A DNA stretch of 64,000 bases from Candidatus Bathyarchaeia archaeon (GTDB taxonomy: Bacteria; Patescibacteriota; Microgenomatia; PFEM01; JAFGMK01): contig DATKWK010000035.1 of NCBI GenBank assembly GCA_035529595.1, forward strand, positions 177,067-241,066, given 5' to 3'. Below the pieces are notes generated by a model, which did no database searches, was not told the DNA's origin, and saw only the letters and a program-made list of their open reading frames with translations. This document shows positions 9,412 to 19,788 of this stretch, one piece after another; the stretch's first letter is position 1, and each line of letters begins with the position of its first letter. A program made the position numbers and the translations under genes.

Positions 9412-10566
9412 TTAACCGACCCAATATCCCTGACTAAAAAGAAATTGGCAGATAAAAAGCAATATAAACAAGATAAACGAAAAAATCTTTCCAATAAGAG
9501 GATGCTCCTTATGAAATAAGGATAAACCAATAAAAGCCGGAAAAAGAACCAGCACATATCGGGGAAAGGAAGAAAGAGTTCCTGTCAGAGTCGGTATTAG
9601 GTAGGCAAAAAAAGCAAAAATTAAATATGAGTAATTGACCTTCTTAAAATAAGCAAGAATTAAAAGCGCTAAAAACAAAAGTGCCGATAATAATTCGAAC
9701 CAAACATTGAAATATACGAGACTATTTTTTTGGCAGCTGATTACCATCTTCAGGTAGCGCCAGAAAACCTGGTAAAGAAGGACCATTTTACCTCCCGATC
9801 TCTGGGCGCCAAAGTTCGACTGAACATGAACGAACATTAAAGAATCCTGATAATTATTACTTAAATATTTCATATAACTAACCAGCCCTAAAGGAGAAAT
9901 CAAAATCAGCCAAAGAGACAGGAAAAGATAACCGACTTTTAGTTTTTGTCCTCTTTTCTGCTGCTGCCACAGTTCAAAGAGCAAGGCCGGGATTAAAAAA
10001 ATACCGACCAACCTGGTAGCGGACGCTAGGGCAATAGCCAAGGGCACGAGCAGCCATAGTCTCTTTCTGGCCCAGTAAAAAGCCAGCAAAGTCAGAAAGA
10101 GAAAGATAGATTCCGTGTAAACGGCAGTAAAAAAAAATGAGGTCGGAAAAAGAACCAGAAAGAAAATGGTATGTATTGCTTCTTCCTTCGACCAATCCAG
10201 CAAGACTAAATTATAAAGCAGGTATAAAACACCCAATAATGATATTGATGAAATCAAAAAACCGGCCAGAAGATATTGGCCGGCCAGAATTTTCCCGATA
10301 AAACCGATCAGCTTCGGATAAAAGGGAAAGAAAGCCTGTTGATAAAGGCCGTAACCCCGCTGGGCGATCTGTAAATAATGAATTCCGTCAAAATTTGCCC
10401 AAGACTGTAACCACTTTGGCTGTTGGCCTTTTTCCGAGTAAAGATAACCATCCTTATTGGCTATCAACTTCGAGCTTACCTGGAAATTAATAAAAACCAG
10501 CAGTTGAAAGAACAACCAAGCAAAAAGAATCAACCGGTATTTACCTTTGCTGATACACTTTTTCAT
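9412..10566 (-). CDS. GT-C fold glycosyltransferase, PIG-V/GT76 mannosyltransferase-like
   Basis: WANFDGIHY, AFFPFYP, FPTSFFFTAVYTES, SFPRY. Likely start MKKCISK at 10566. Confidence 0.8.
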   Translation of the reverse strand: MKKCISKGKYRLILFAWLFFQLLVFINFQVSSKLIANKDGYLYSEKGQQPKWLQSWANFDGIHYLQIAQRGYGLYQQAFFPFYPKLIGFIGKILAGQYLLAGFLISSISLLGVLYLLYNLVLLDWSKEEAIHTIFFLVLFPTSFFFTAVYTESIFLFLTLLAFYWARKRLWLLVPLAIALASATRLVGIFLIPALLFELWQQQKRGQKLKVGYLFLSLWLILISPLGLVSYMKYLSNNYQDSLMFVHVQSNFGAQRSGGKMVLLYQVFWRYLKMVISCQKNSLVYFNVWFELLSALLFLALLILAYFKKVNYSYLIFAFFAYLIPTLTGTLSSFPRYVLVLFPAFIGLSLFHKEHPLIGKIFSFILFILLFICQFLFSQGYWVG

Positions 10567-11593
10567 AGATTTCAATAGTCTTTCTGGCCGTCTTGATCCA
10601 GGAAAAGTTACTTGCCTGCCGAAAACCTTTCTCAACCAGTTTTTTTCTGAGTGCCAAATCATTTAAAACTAATTTTAATCCTCTGGCAAGACCGTCAGGT
10701 TTGGGATTAACTAAAACAGCCGCTTTTCCGCAGACTTCAGGCAAACTGGAGCGATTACTGGAAACCACTGGGCAGCCACACCTCATTGCTTCCAAAAGCG
10801 GCAGGCCAAAACCTTCATAAAAAGACGGCTGGCAATAAACTGAGGCTAAATTATAGATCGCCACCAAATCTTTGGTGGGAACAAAACCAAGGCGGATAAC
10901 TCCTTTATTATCTCCGTAAACTTTAATCAATAGCGCCAGCGGCTGATTCTCAGGATGGTCGGGGTTAAAATCGGACTGTACTGCCTGCTTTCCGATAATT
11001 ACTACCGGCATTTTAATTTCTAAACAAGCCTTAATCAGACCTAAAACATTTTTGTTATAATTAACATCGCCAACGTATAAGACAAACGATGGTGGTAAAC
11101 GGTATTTTTCTCTGATCGCAGCAAGTACTGCTTTATTACCCAGAGGTCGAAAATCTTCATCAGGAGCCAGGTAAACAATAAATATCTTATTGGCCGGTAT
11201 TTTCAGAAATCTTAAAATATCCCTTTTAGACGAGTACGAATCGGTTATTACCGCTTTGGTATTTTTTAAAGATAACTTTTGCAGGCCGAATTTGATCTTA
11301 CCTCTTATGCCCGGCGGATACTGGACTGGGAAAACTAAAGGAATCAGGTCGTGAATCGTAACTACAGTCTTGACACGCTTAACAACCGGTAAAGTCAGAA
11401 AAAAAAGATCAAAAAACGGATAATGGATCAAGTCAGCTTGACTAATCAACCGTCTATCTTTATCGGATATCAAAAAAAATCGATTTTGACAATCTACTTT
11501 TTGAAGGTTATCGACTAACTTTTGCGTATATTTTCCAATACCACGATAACGGTGACCGGACTTTAATGGTGAAATATCTACAGCAATATTCAT
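10541..11593 (-). CDS. Glycosyltransferase family 4
   Basis: RGIGKY, VTIHDLIP, KNV, PSFYEGFGLPLLEAM (EX7E). Likely start MNIAVD at 11593. Confidence 0.9.
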   Translation of the reverse strand: MNIAVDISPLKSGHRYRGIGKYTQKLVDNLQKVDCQNRFFLISDKDRRLISQADLIHYPFFDLFFLTLPVVKRVKTVVTIHDLIPLVFPVQYPPGIRGKIKFGLQKLSLKNTKAVITDSYSSKRDILRFLKIPANKIFIVYLAPDEDFRPLGNKAVLAAIREKYRLPPSFVLYVGDVNYNKNVLGLIKACLEIKMPVVIIGKQAVQSDFNPDHPENQPLALLIKVYGDNKGVIRLGFVPTKDLVAIYNLASVYCQPSFYEGFGLPLLEAMRCGCPVVSSNRSSLPEVCGKAAVLVNPKPDGLARGLKLVLNDLALRKKLVEKGFRQASNFSWIKTARKTIEIYEKVYQQR

Positions 11594-13128
11594 ATCTTTT
11601 CTCCCAGCTTTTCGATTCTTGTTGCTCCGATCTCCCATTCTTCAACCGCGGCTGAAAAATTATTTCTCCATTCGATAAACCAGTTTTTTTGCGACTCATA
11701 AGGCTCGATGATTAAATAAACAAATTCGCTTTTCTTAACCGGCAGTAAAGCGTCCGCTTCCTTTTTACCGGCAACGTAAATGGGCTTACCGGATAAGTAT
11801 ACGTATTCCTCCGGTACGTAGCCGTATTTATTTTTGGCACGCCACCAGATAAGGTATTGGTAGGGATAATCATAAACGTAAGGGGCAAAAGTATAAACAT
11901 TGAATCCTTTGCCGGCAGCATTCTGATATATTCGATCAATAACCTGAATCCTATTTCTCAGATTGGCAGGATCGGAAGAGAGGGTTTTTTCAAGTGGAAA
12001 TGGCCAATATTGCCGGATACTAAATCCTAACCAGTAAAACAGGAGTATTATACTTAGTACTTTTGAAAAACGGCCTTTTTTATAAAGGACCGCCAAAGAT
12101 ACACCAATCAAGGTTACCATCATGGCACTAACGGCATTTAAATACCAAGGCCATATTTCGAAAGGCGCCATATTAAGACAAAATAGAACTACCGCTAAAA
12201 GAACCAGGCTGGTAAGAAACAGTGAAAATACTTCTTTATTTTTCGGCTTATTTTTAAGATATGAATTCAAAACAATCCAGGCTATCAGAAAAAGAAAAAT
12301 ATAAGCTAATAGCTTGCTTCTGCCTGCCGAATCCAAAAAAATATTGTACCAGATCGGAAAGCGACTCAGGAAACGCGCTTTCGGACTCATCTGCGAGATG
12401 CTCAAAGATCCAGTTTTTCCTTCTATTAGCGGTATGATCGATTTCGTCTGAATAAAATCATGACGTAAGTCGAAAATCAGCTGAGGGATAAAGGGAAGGA
12501 GAAAAAATGGCAAAAATGATCTATGTATCCAGATTGATTTTATTTTTCCATTAATTAAAAAAAGCAACAGGACAGCCGGAACCAAGGAAGCAGCTATCAC
12601 AAAATTAAAATGGAAGCCTGAAGCCAGCAAAAACAAAGATAAAGCCAGCCACAGTTTCCGGCCACAATTCATGTATCGGCTCAAGCATAAAATAATAACA
12701 GGAACGATATAAACCATTGGATTCGTATTCAGGGCAATAGTGGTATTGATAAAAAAAGGCCAAGAAAAACTATAAGTAAGAACGAAAACCGTGGCGATTT
12801 CTTTATCGTCTAAAATCTTCAAGAAGAAAAAAGGCAACAAAACCGAAAACAAGATTAATGGTCCTAAAGAGCTTAAAGGGTGCCCGCCTGTCAAAATATA
12901 GAAAGGCAAAATTAAGTAATACCAAAAAGGACCATAGAAAAGACCGTGCAGCGAAGTCGTTGGACCAATCAGTGGCGGTCTTTTATATATTACTGTCCTT
13001 CTGATATCAAGCAAATCGCGACCCTGATCATAAGTAATAGGGGCAGAATGCCGCCATATAAAAACTAAACGGAATATCAGGCTTATCAATACGAGCACTA
13101 ACAACCAAAAAGAGTATTTCCTGATCAT
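11590..13128 (-). CDS. GT-C fold glycosyltransferase (ArnT/PMT-like)
   Basis: First-loop YDQGRD, LIGP..GLFYGPFWYY, many TMs. Confidence 0.75.
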   Translation of the reverse strand: MIRKYSFWLLVLVLISLIFRLVFIWRHSAPITYDQGRDLLDIRRTVIYKRPPLIGPTTSLHGLFYGPFWYYLILPFYILTGGHPLSSLGPLILFSVLLPFFFLKILDDKEIATVFVLTYSFSWPFFINTTIALNTNPMVYIVPVIILCLSRYMNCGRKLWLALSLFLLASGFHFNFVIAASLVPAVLLLFLINGKIKSIWIHRSFLPFFLLPFIPQLIFDLRHDFIQTKSIIPLIEGKTGSLSISQMSPKARFLSRFPIWYNIFLDSAGRSKLLAYIFLFLIAWIVLNSYLKNKPKNKEVFSLFLTSLVLLAVVLFCLNMAPFEIWPWYLNAVSAMMVTLIGVSLAVLYKKGRFSKVLSIILLFYWLGFSIRQYWPFPLEKTLSSDPANLRNRIQVIDRIYQNAAGKGFNVYTFAPYVYDYPYQYLIWWRAKNKYGYVPEEYVYLSGKPIYVAGKKEADALLPVKKSEFVYLIIEPYESQKNWFIEWRNNFSAAVEEWEIGATRIEKLGEKI

Positions 13129-13129
13129 A

Positions 13130-13939
13130 CTATAACCAATCTTGTTTTATATCCCTTACCCTGCCGGATCTCTTCATTTCCCAATACTTAACATAGGCGA
13201 GCAGGTAATGAAGCCCGGAAAAAAGCGAAAAAACAAAACCGGGAAAGCCGTCTCTGAAACCCTGATGCCGAACGAATAAAGAAAAAAAAGTGGAAATAGG
13301 TTTCAGAAACAAATATTGAAACGAATTAAATAAATTTATTTTCAATTTTCTCTCAGCCATAGATTGAGCCTCGAGCGATGAATAGCGGTTCTCACGGGTT
13401 AAGTATCGAGTAAAGGTCGGACTAGAAAGGTGAACAAGATCGTTTTTCAACCACCCTAATCGGCCGTCGACTTCTATTTGCTCGTGAACACTGACTTCAG
13501 GATGTTTACCTTTCCCTTTTTCAAAAAACCTGATTACCGGATCCGGGTATTGGCCGCCTTTCTTCAGAAAGCCCGTTAAGAAGAAGTTTTTTCTTTTAAT
13601 CCAAAAACCAACCGGGTCCCCTTTTTCCCGCTTCCGATGGGCAACTCTTCTAATTTCCTGTCCCAGTTCCGGACTTACCCGTTCATCGGCGTCCAAAACC
13701 AAAATCCAGTTTCCGGTACAAGCTTCGACTGCCCGGTTTTTATTTATATGAAACATCGGCCGGTTTTTGGTTTTAATTACGCGCGCCCCCAGCCCTTGGG
13801 CAATCTGCCTGGTTTGATCTTGTGAGGCACCGTCAACAACCACAATTTCATCGGCAAAAGACTTAACCGACCTAAGGCAATCAGCAATATTGGCCTCTTC
13901 ATTAAAAGTCGCTATCGCAACCGATATTTTGCCCATCAT
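13130..13939 (-). CDS. GT2, WaaE/KdtX-like beta-glycosyltransferase
   Basis: TFNEE, VDGASQD, LDADERVS, GQYPD, VHE. Confidence 0.85.
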   Translation of the reverse strand: MMGKISVAIATFNEEANIADCLRSVKSFADEIVVVDGASQDQTRQIAQGLGARVIKTKNRPMFHINKNRAVEACTGNWILVLDADERVSPELGQEIRRVAHRKREKGDPVGFWIKRKNFFLTGFLKKGGQYPDPVIRFFEKGKGKHPEVSVHEQIEVDGRLGWLKNDLVHLSSPTFTRYLTRENRYSSLEAQSMAERKLKINLFNSFQYLFLKPISTFFSLFVRHQGFRDGFPGFVFSLFSGLHYLLAYVKYWEMKRSGRVRDIKQDWL

Positions 13940-13954
13940 CTTAATGATTATACT

Positions 13955-15646
13955 TCAAAGCTCGGCAATTTCAAAAGCCGGCCGATTGTTTCTAAAGTAA
14001 ATTCGTTTGACGATGTTGGCCGAATCGGGTATTTCTTCATCGGTACCGACAATTAAGACATTCTCTTGATCCTTAAGCTTCTCCCAATCGATTTCCTCAA
14101 AATGAAAATTGTCAAAGTCACGGACTGTCGAAAAACCAAACTTATCCCGCGGAGTTAAAACAGCCTCTTTCTGAAAAACCGCCGGCGGGTATTTCAGATA
14201 AAACAGAAACAAAATATAAGGCTGATCATATTTATCGGTAACCAGGATTTTCCGGTATTGATTATGTATTGGTTCTAAATAGCTTACCAATTCTTTCATC
14301 CCGTATTCCCAAACTTGGGGTGAATTAATCGGATAGTCTGCCAGATAGCTTTTCAGAAAATACCCGAGCTGCCAAAAATAAACTGAAATCACTACCAATA
14401 ATAGAATTAAAATTTTCCCTTTAGCCGCTCCGGGACCGGGATTACATATACGATCGGGTATCGAAGATTTTAAGGAAAGCAAAAATCGATATATTCCATA
14501 AGCGACAATTAACAGGAAAGGAACTACCATCGAATGAGAACGAAGTGCATGGGGCGATTGAAGCGTCAAAGACGCCGGCAATGGCGCTATCATCAGCCAA
14601 GCCGTTAAGAATCCAAAAGATGTCTTTCTCTCCCTTAAGATAAAAAAAGCGCCGAGAACAAAAAAAAGCAGATCCAAATAATAAAACTGGCCGATTCCCG
14701 GACAATTACTGCGGACTATCGGATCGCCGCTGATGAATAAGAAATCACCTCCAAAATGACTTGACCAATTTGCTAAAATTTTAATCAGATACGACAGCGG
14801 CCGGTTGTGAAGGATCTTGACCCAAAAAGCGTCCATATCCGGTCCATGTTCACCCCGAAGACGGTTCGTATTCCAAAATGGACCGATGTCTCCGGTTATT
14901 CCGACTCCGGAAAAACGGGCCAAGGCGCCTCCTTTCAAGAAACTTAGCAAGAGGGGAAAAGACAATAAGAATCCGATTACCAACCAGATTGCCAATTTGG
15001 ATTTTTGCAGAAAAAATATTTTTCTATTCAGCCAGATTAAAAGCAACAGCAATAAAGGGGCAAGAATCCTGGAACTGTGATAAACATAAGCGGAAACAAC
15101 AAATGCAACCAGGGAACAAACATAATCAGAGAAACGATTGCGACTAACTCCTTTCACGAATAACCAAGTACCAAGAATCAGAAAGGCAGTCGCTACATTT
15201 GTTTCCCAGGCGCCCCGGGAAAACTGAATATGCCACGGAGAAATTGCCAGCATCAAGGCAGCAATTTCCGGATAAGAAAATTGGATTCGGGAAATAAGAT
15301 TTCCCGGTACCGGAATCAGCTGCCGGGCCAAAAGAAAGATCAGATAAACGGACCAGACACCAAAAATCACCGATGGTAACCTGACAGCCGGTTCGCTTAA
15401 GCCCAAAAGTTTAACAAAAGGCAAGGCTAAATAAAAATAGCCGCCCGGTTTGTAATCGTTAAATGACCGAAAGTGCAGCGGCCAAAAATTTCCATGCTCA
15501 TCTCTCCCGGTCGTAATAAGGGAGTAATCATTATACCCAATTGCCGCCTCATCGGCATTAAAACCATGAGGAACTAATCCGATTTGATAGATCCTTAGAA
15601 AAGAAGCAAGAATAATGATTAATAAAATAGCCCAATTCTTTGTCAT
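13955..15646 (-). CDS. GT-C fold glycosyltransferase (GT39/ArnT-like)
   Basis: GFNADEAAIGY, TGRDEHG, SFNDYKP, AVRLPS, ISPWHIQFSR. Confidence 0.82.
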   Translation of the reverse strand: MTKNWAILLIIILASFLRIYQIGLVPHGFNADEAAIGYNDYSLITTGRDEHGNFWPLHFRSFNDYKPGGYFYLALPFVKLLGLSEPAVRLPSVIFGVWSVYLIFLLARQLIPVPGNLISRIQFSYPEIAALMLAISPWHIQFSRGAWETNVATAFLILGTWLFVKGVSRNRFSDYVCSLVAFVVSAYVYHSSRILAPLLLLLLIWLNRKIFFLQKSKLAIWLVIGFLLSFPLLLSFLKGGALARFSGVGITGDIGPFWNTNRLRGEHGPDMDAFWVKILHNRPLSYLIKILANWSSHFGGDFLFISGDPIVRSNCPGIGQFYYLDLLFFVLGAFFILRERKTSFGFLTAWLMIAPLPASLTLQSPHALRSHSMVVPFLLIVAYGIYRFLLSLKSSIPDRICNPGPGAAKGKILILLLVVISVYFWQLGYFLKSYLADYPINSPQVWEYGMKELVSYLEPIHNQYRKILVTDKYDQPYILFLFYLKYPPAVFQKEAVLTPRDKFGFSTVRDFDNFHFEEIDWEKLKDQENVLIVGTDEEIPDSANIVKRIYFRNNRPAFEIAEL

Positions 15647-15647
15647 T

Positions 15648-17189
15648 TTATAAGGTTTCGACTATTCGGAAAGCCAATTCTCCGTTTAAATAGTAAATAT
15701 CTTTAAGAATTCGTGCTTGCTGAAGCTCGATGTCTGTTTCCGGGATCTCGTAAGTTGCGGCAACATAAAGTGTTTTTTTCTGAAAACGGTCAACCGGCCA
15801 ATAAAGATTCCTAAATTCTAAATTATCGTTGTCTCTCGTATTTTCAGGCGGGTTGAAAGAACAAAGGTCGTCTGAAAATCTGTTGGTATAAAAGTAATAA
15901 TAAAACTGGGCCGAAGGGTACTTGTTTGTAAAAACTACCTGATTATAAGAATGCTTTCTGTTATTGACAAAACTGACCGCTTCCCGATAACCATATTGCC
16001 AGGCTTGCGAATTAGCCACAGGTGCATGGATAAAGTAACGATCCCAGAATAGAACAAAAAGAAAAAAATAATTCAATCCCAGGCCGATTGAAAGAAAACA
16101 CCTTGCCCAGATTCGGCTTTTTCTTATTAAAAGCCCCAGGGCTAATACTCCGAAAGAGCTGATAATTACCAACGGCAAGATCAATAAATAAGCTTTCTCC
16201 GAATCAATAGCTTGACTGGAAAAAGACGCCGATAACGGAGAGACCAGGATGAGAACCCAGAGAAAACTTTGGTTTTTTATTCGTTGGTTAATCAAGAAAT
16301 AAGTACCTATTGGTAATAAAAACAAATCTAAATAGTTTAATAGCCCCAAATCAGGCAAACCGAACCTTTTTTCTTGCCAATCCCCCTCAAAAAATAGAAA
16401 CCGGGGAGAAAAATGGTTCAAATATTTAAGAAAGAAGTTTCTAAATGACTTATGAAAATCAGTGTGAAAAACAACATTCTTGATAATAGGAAAAGAAGAA
16501 TTGGCCCAGATAATAGCCAACAATCCGATTGTTAGAATAACTAAAGTATATTTTCTGAGCGATGCTTTATTAAAGAGTAAAAATTCTTTACCATAAATAA
16601 ACCAGAAACTCAAGAATGTAAGAAAAATAATCAGTCTGACTGATGTACCAACATAAAAAGCAACTATAAAACAGGTTAACGCCAACCAAAAATAGCCTTT
16701 CTTTCCCTGAATGACCCAAAAAAGAAAGATTAAACCAAAGAAAAGAAAAACTAAGTACAGATTAGCGTCGCCGGCACTATGGGAAAAATCGTAATGCCAG
16801 AACGATAAGGTCAGCCACAGACTGGCGATTGTGGCCAGCAGCCTATTTTCCCTAAATTCCGAAAAAATGTTTTTAACCAGGATATAGATAAGAAAGACGC
16901 TCAATCCGCCCAAAAACGCGGCCGGTAATCGTATAGCAAACTCAGTTGCTCCCAAAAATAACATCGGTATAACGCTAAGGTAGCTATAAAGGGATGACTG
17001 ATTAATCTGCCGGAATCTAAAAAAGGCAGTCCAGCCCTGACTACTCTTAAGCAGACATAAGGCGCGATAGCCCAAAGCTACCTCGGATGAGGAAAATCCG
17101 ACAGGTATTTGGCCTAAACGATAAAGCCTCAGACCAAAGGCAACCAAACTAATACTGATAACAATTGAAAGATATTTTCTATTTGTCAT
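15648..17189 (-). CDS. GT-C fold protein, divergent paralog lacking the loop-1 DE motif
   Basis: Collinear with its neighbours (AIRLPAA, NHFSPRFLFFEGD, WQYGY), but GFSSSEVALGY replaces xxxDExxxGY. Confidence 0.7.
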   Translation of the reverse strand: MTNRKYLSIVISISLVAFGLRLYRLGQIPVGFSSSEVALGYRALCLLKSSQGWTAFFRFRQINQSSLYSYLSVIPMLFLGATEFAIRLPAAFLGGLSVFLIYILVKNIFSEFRENRLLATIASLWLTLSFWHYDFSHSAGDANLYLVFLFFGLIFLFWVIQGKKGYFWLALTCFIVAFYVGTSVRLIIFLTFLSFWFIYGKEFLLFNKASLRKYTLVILTIGLLAIIWANSSFPIIKNVVFHTDFHKSFRNFFLKYLNHFSPRFLFFEGDWQEKRFGLPDLGLLNYLDLFLLPIGTYFLINQRIKNQSFLWVLILVSPLSASFSSQAIDSEKAYLLILPLVIISSFGVLALGLLIRKSRIWARCFLSIGLGLNYFFLFVLFWDRYFIHAPVANSQAWQYGYREAVSFVNNRKHSYNQVVFTNKYPSAQFYYYFYTNRFSDDLCSFNPPENTRDNDNLEFRNLYWPVDRFQKKTLYVAATYEIPETDIELQQARILKDIYYLNGELAFRIVETL

Positions 17190-18027
17190 TTTGACGATAC
17201 GTCAAGTCATAAACTACAAAAGCTGTTTGACCGTTGCTAGATGGAACCAGATAATCGGGTTTAATTCCAGATAGAGACTCGCCAGCTGGCCGGTTATAAA
17301 CCAAACGGCAAAAGAGGTAGTTGAAATGACCAAGACAATTAAGCCTTTTTTCCTCGATTCGGGCAACGACGCCGGGATCGGTAAAAATACTGACCTTTAA
17401 GAATCGCTCGCTACTTCCCCTAAAACCGGAGAGAACCAGCGGTATCAGCAAAACTACAAAAATAAGAGTTGCCGGCCAGATTTTTTTTAATGGTTTATTT
17501 TTAAAAATCAGGGTCAAGACGAAAAAAAGCGCCGACAAACAAAAACTTTCTTTCAGAAAGAAAGTAAAACCTGCCAAAAAAAAGAAAAGTCCTAAATTAG
17601 CTTCTAGGGCCATCCGGCTGGTTTGGATATGCCAGGGATTAATAACATAAAGAAAAGAAGCTGCCATGATAAAAACATAATTTTTCTTTCTCCCTAAACC
17701 CATACTGGTAACAATATTGATAAAAAACAAAACACTCATAGCTCCAAAGGCAGCGGAAACAAAACGCGTCGCCAATTGGTTAAGGCCAAGAAAAGAAATC
17801 GGCAACACGGAAAAATAAATATAGAGCGGTAATTTATGTTCGCCAAAAGCCTTAAATGTTAAAGGAAGCTGATTGCCCCATTCATCCCGACCGGTCTTTA
17901 ATAAGCTGAAAGCATTATAGCCAATACTGGCTTCGTCAGAGATGAAGGTCGGGAAATTACCTAATTTAATTAAATGAAGCGTAAGAGATAAGGCAAAAAG
18001 GAAAATAGCCCAACCGCATTTTTTCAT
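17179..18027 (-). CDS. Internally deleted GT-C paralog (possible pseudogene)
   Basis: Intact N-terminus (FISDEASIGY, TGRDEWG, INPWHIQTSR) but only 282 aa versus about 560 aa. Jumps from RLVYNRP to a C-terminal-type segment (NGQTAFVVYDL). Confidence 0.65.
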   Translation of the reverse strand: MKKCGWAIFLFALSLTLHLIKLGNFPTFISDEASIGYNAFSLLKTGRDEWGNQLPLTFKAFGEHKLPLYIYFSVLPISFLGLNQLATRFVSAAFGAMSVLFFINIVTSMGLGRKKNYVFIMAASFLYVINPWHIQTSRMALEANLGLFFFLAGFTFFLKESFCLSALFFVLTLIFKNKPLKKIWPATLIFVVLLIPLVLSGFRGSSERFLKVSIFTDPGVVARIEEKRLNCLGHFNYLFCRLVYNRPAGESLSGIKPDYLVPSSNGQTAFVVYDLTYRQNDK

Positions 18028-18072
18028 TCCTGTTTCCTCACATGATAATATGCCGGCAGAATAATAATTTTC

Positions 18073-19752
18073 TTAAATGGTTTTAAAAATATAAAAAGCC
18101 ACTTCCCCGTCAGGATAGGGAATTTCCTTAACGATTTTGATACTTGAATAGCCTTCAAGACTGTAACCCATCGCCTGGGTATAACCCGGAGTAACCACAA
18201 AAAGTATGCCATCTTTTTTTTCTCCGGTTTTTAAGAATGAAAGATCCGGATTTGCGAAGAGATACTTGCCGAGTCCGACCGGGGAAATAGTAATTTCCTT
18301 CTGAATCGTCTGCGGTGAATAACGGTTATAAAAGAGAGCATAAACAATCGGCGGATCATAAGCCGGACTAAAATAAATCTGACGATACTCGTCCTCAACC
18401 TGATTTAAGTAATCAAAAGTTTGCTGATAACCATAATTCCACCAGCGCCACCAACTGCCTTGTTTATTGGGAAAATGCAAAAAATAGAAATGGAAAAAGG
18501 AAAAGGAGGAAAGCAATAAAGCCAAACTGAAAATTGAAACAAACAACTTTTTTAACCGGCCGGATTTAATCAAAGTAAAAATACCAACCAGACCGTAAGC
18601 TGCCAAAAATTCCCACCAAGGCAAAAACTGGTAAGTCCTAATTGCGTGTGCTCCCCCGTTTTGAGTCAGAGCTGCCGGAACCGGAGTTAAAAACAGTATT
18701 AAAAAAGGTAAAAGCAGTCTTTTATCTTGATTTCTTAAAAAGTTAATAACAATCGCACAGGCTCCGACTAAAATTAGAGGGAAGAAAAGCGGGTAAAGCA
18801 GTCCTTTTTCGCCCGGATTATGACGGAAATTCGGGTCTCCCCTGATAAACAAATAATCGGTGGAAAAACTTGTTAAATAGTTCTTGACAAAATCATCGAA
18901 ATAAAACAGAACTTTATTGTGGATTGCCCTTGGCCAAAAACCGGACCGGGAACATTCGCGCCGAGCCAACTCTACTCTTTCGGCGATGTTCGGGGAGGTA
19001 ATAATTGAGATATTCATGAATCGAGATCCTCCTTGTCCGAACAGAATATCAAATCCCATCGGCAAAGAAATAAGCAAGAGCGGCAGAAGAAAATACCACA
19101 TCTTTTTCTTTGCCAGCAGTTTTTTTCCTTGAAGCAGAAAAAGGAAAGACAAGAATAGGGGGATAAAAAGCTTGGCCGTGCTGTAGGCGTAAAGTGAAAG
19201 TGCAAACAAAATTCCGGAAATCATCAAAATAACCGGCCGATGATTATGTTGGCCTTTAAGGAAAAAAAACAAAGCAGTCAGAAATAAAAGGTTAAACAAG
19301 GTCACTTCCAGTGCGATTCGGGAAAAATGGAAATGCCAAGGTGATAAAACCAAAAATAAACTGGCCAAGAGGGCGATTTTAGTATTATTAGTTATTTCTT
19401 TTACCAAAAAAAAGGTCACGACGATTCCCGAAAGGCTGAAAATAAGGCCGGGTAAACGAACGGCAAAATTAGTCAAGCCAAAGACGGCGATTGAAGGAAC
19501 GGTTGCATAAATATAAAGGGGCATTCGCCAATCGCCGAAAGACTGAAAATGGACTGGAAAACGATTACCGAAATAATCTTTACCGGTCTTCAAAATCGAG
19601 TAAGCCTGATATCCGGTGTCCACTTCATCGCCGAAAAGGCTGGGGGGGATTTTGTTAAAATTAAAAGTACGCAAAAAAGTTGCCAGGGCCAATATCAGAA
19701 GCAACCAAAATTGCCAATAATGCCGTTTGATGTAAACAATGATTTTTTTCAC
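18073..19752 (-). CDS. GT-C fold glycosyltransferase (GT39/ArnT-like)
   Basis: SLFGDEVDTGY, TGKDYFG, SFGDWRMP, LSPWHFHFSR, WNYGY. Confidence 0.82.
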   Translation of the reverse strand: MKKIIVYIKRHYWQFWLLLILALATFLRTFNFNKIPPSLFGDEVDTGYQAYSILKTGKDYFGNRFPVHFQSFGDWRMPLYIYATVPSIAVFGLTNFAVRLPGLIFSLSGIVVTFFLVKEITNNTKIALLASLFLVLSPWHFHFSRIALEVTLFNLLFLTALFFFLKGQHNHRPVILMISGILFALSLYAYSTAKLFIPLFLSFLFLLQGKKLLAKKKMWYFLLPLLLISLPMGFDILFGQGGSRFMNISIITSPNIAERVELARRECSRSGFWPRAIHNKVLFYFDDFVKNYLTSFSTDYLFIRGDPNFRHNPGEKGLLYPLFFPLILVGACAIVINFLRNQDKRLLLPFLILFLTPVPAALTQNGGAHAIRTYQFLPWWEFLAAYGLVGIFTLIKSGRLKKLFVSIFSLALLLSSFSFFHFYFLHFPNKQGSWWRWWNYGYQQTFDYLNQVEDEYRQIYFSPAYDPPIVYALFYNRYSPQTIQKEITISPVGLGKYLFANPDLSFLKTGEKKDGILFVVTPGYTQAMGYSLEGYSSIKIVKEIPYPDGEVAFYIFKTI

Positions 19753-19788
19753 TTTAAAGTGTAATTTACCCCTTTCTATCCGACTTGA

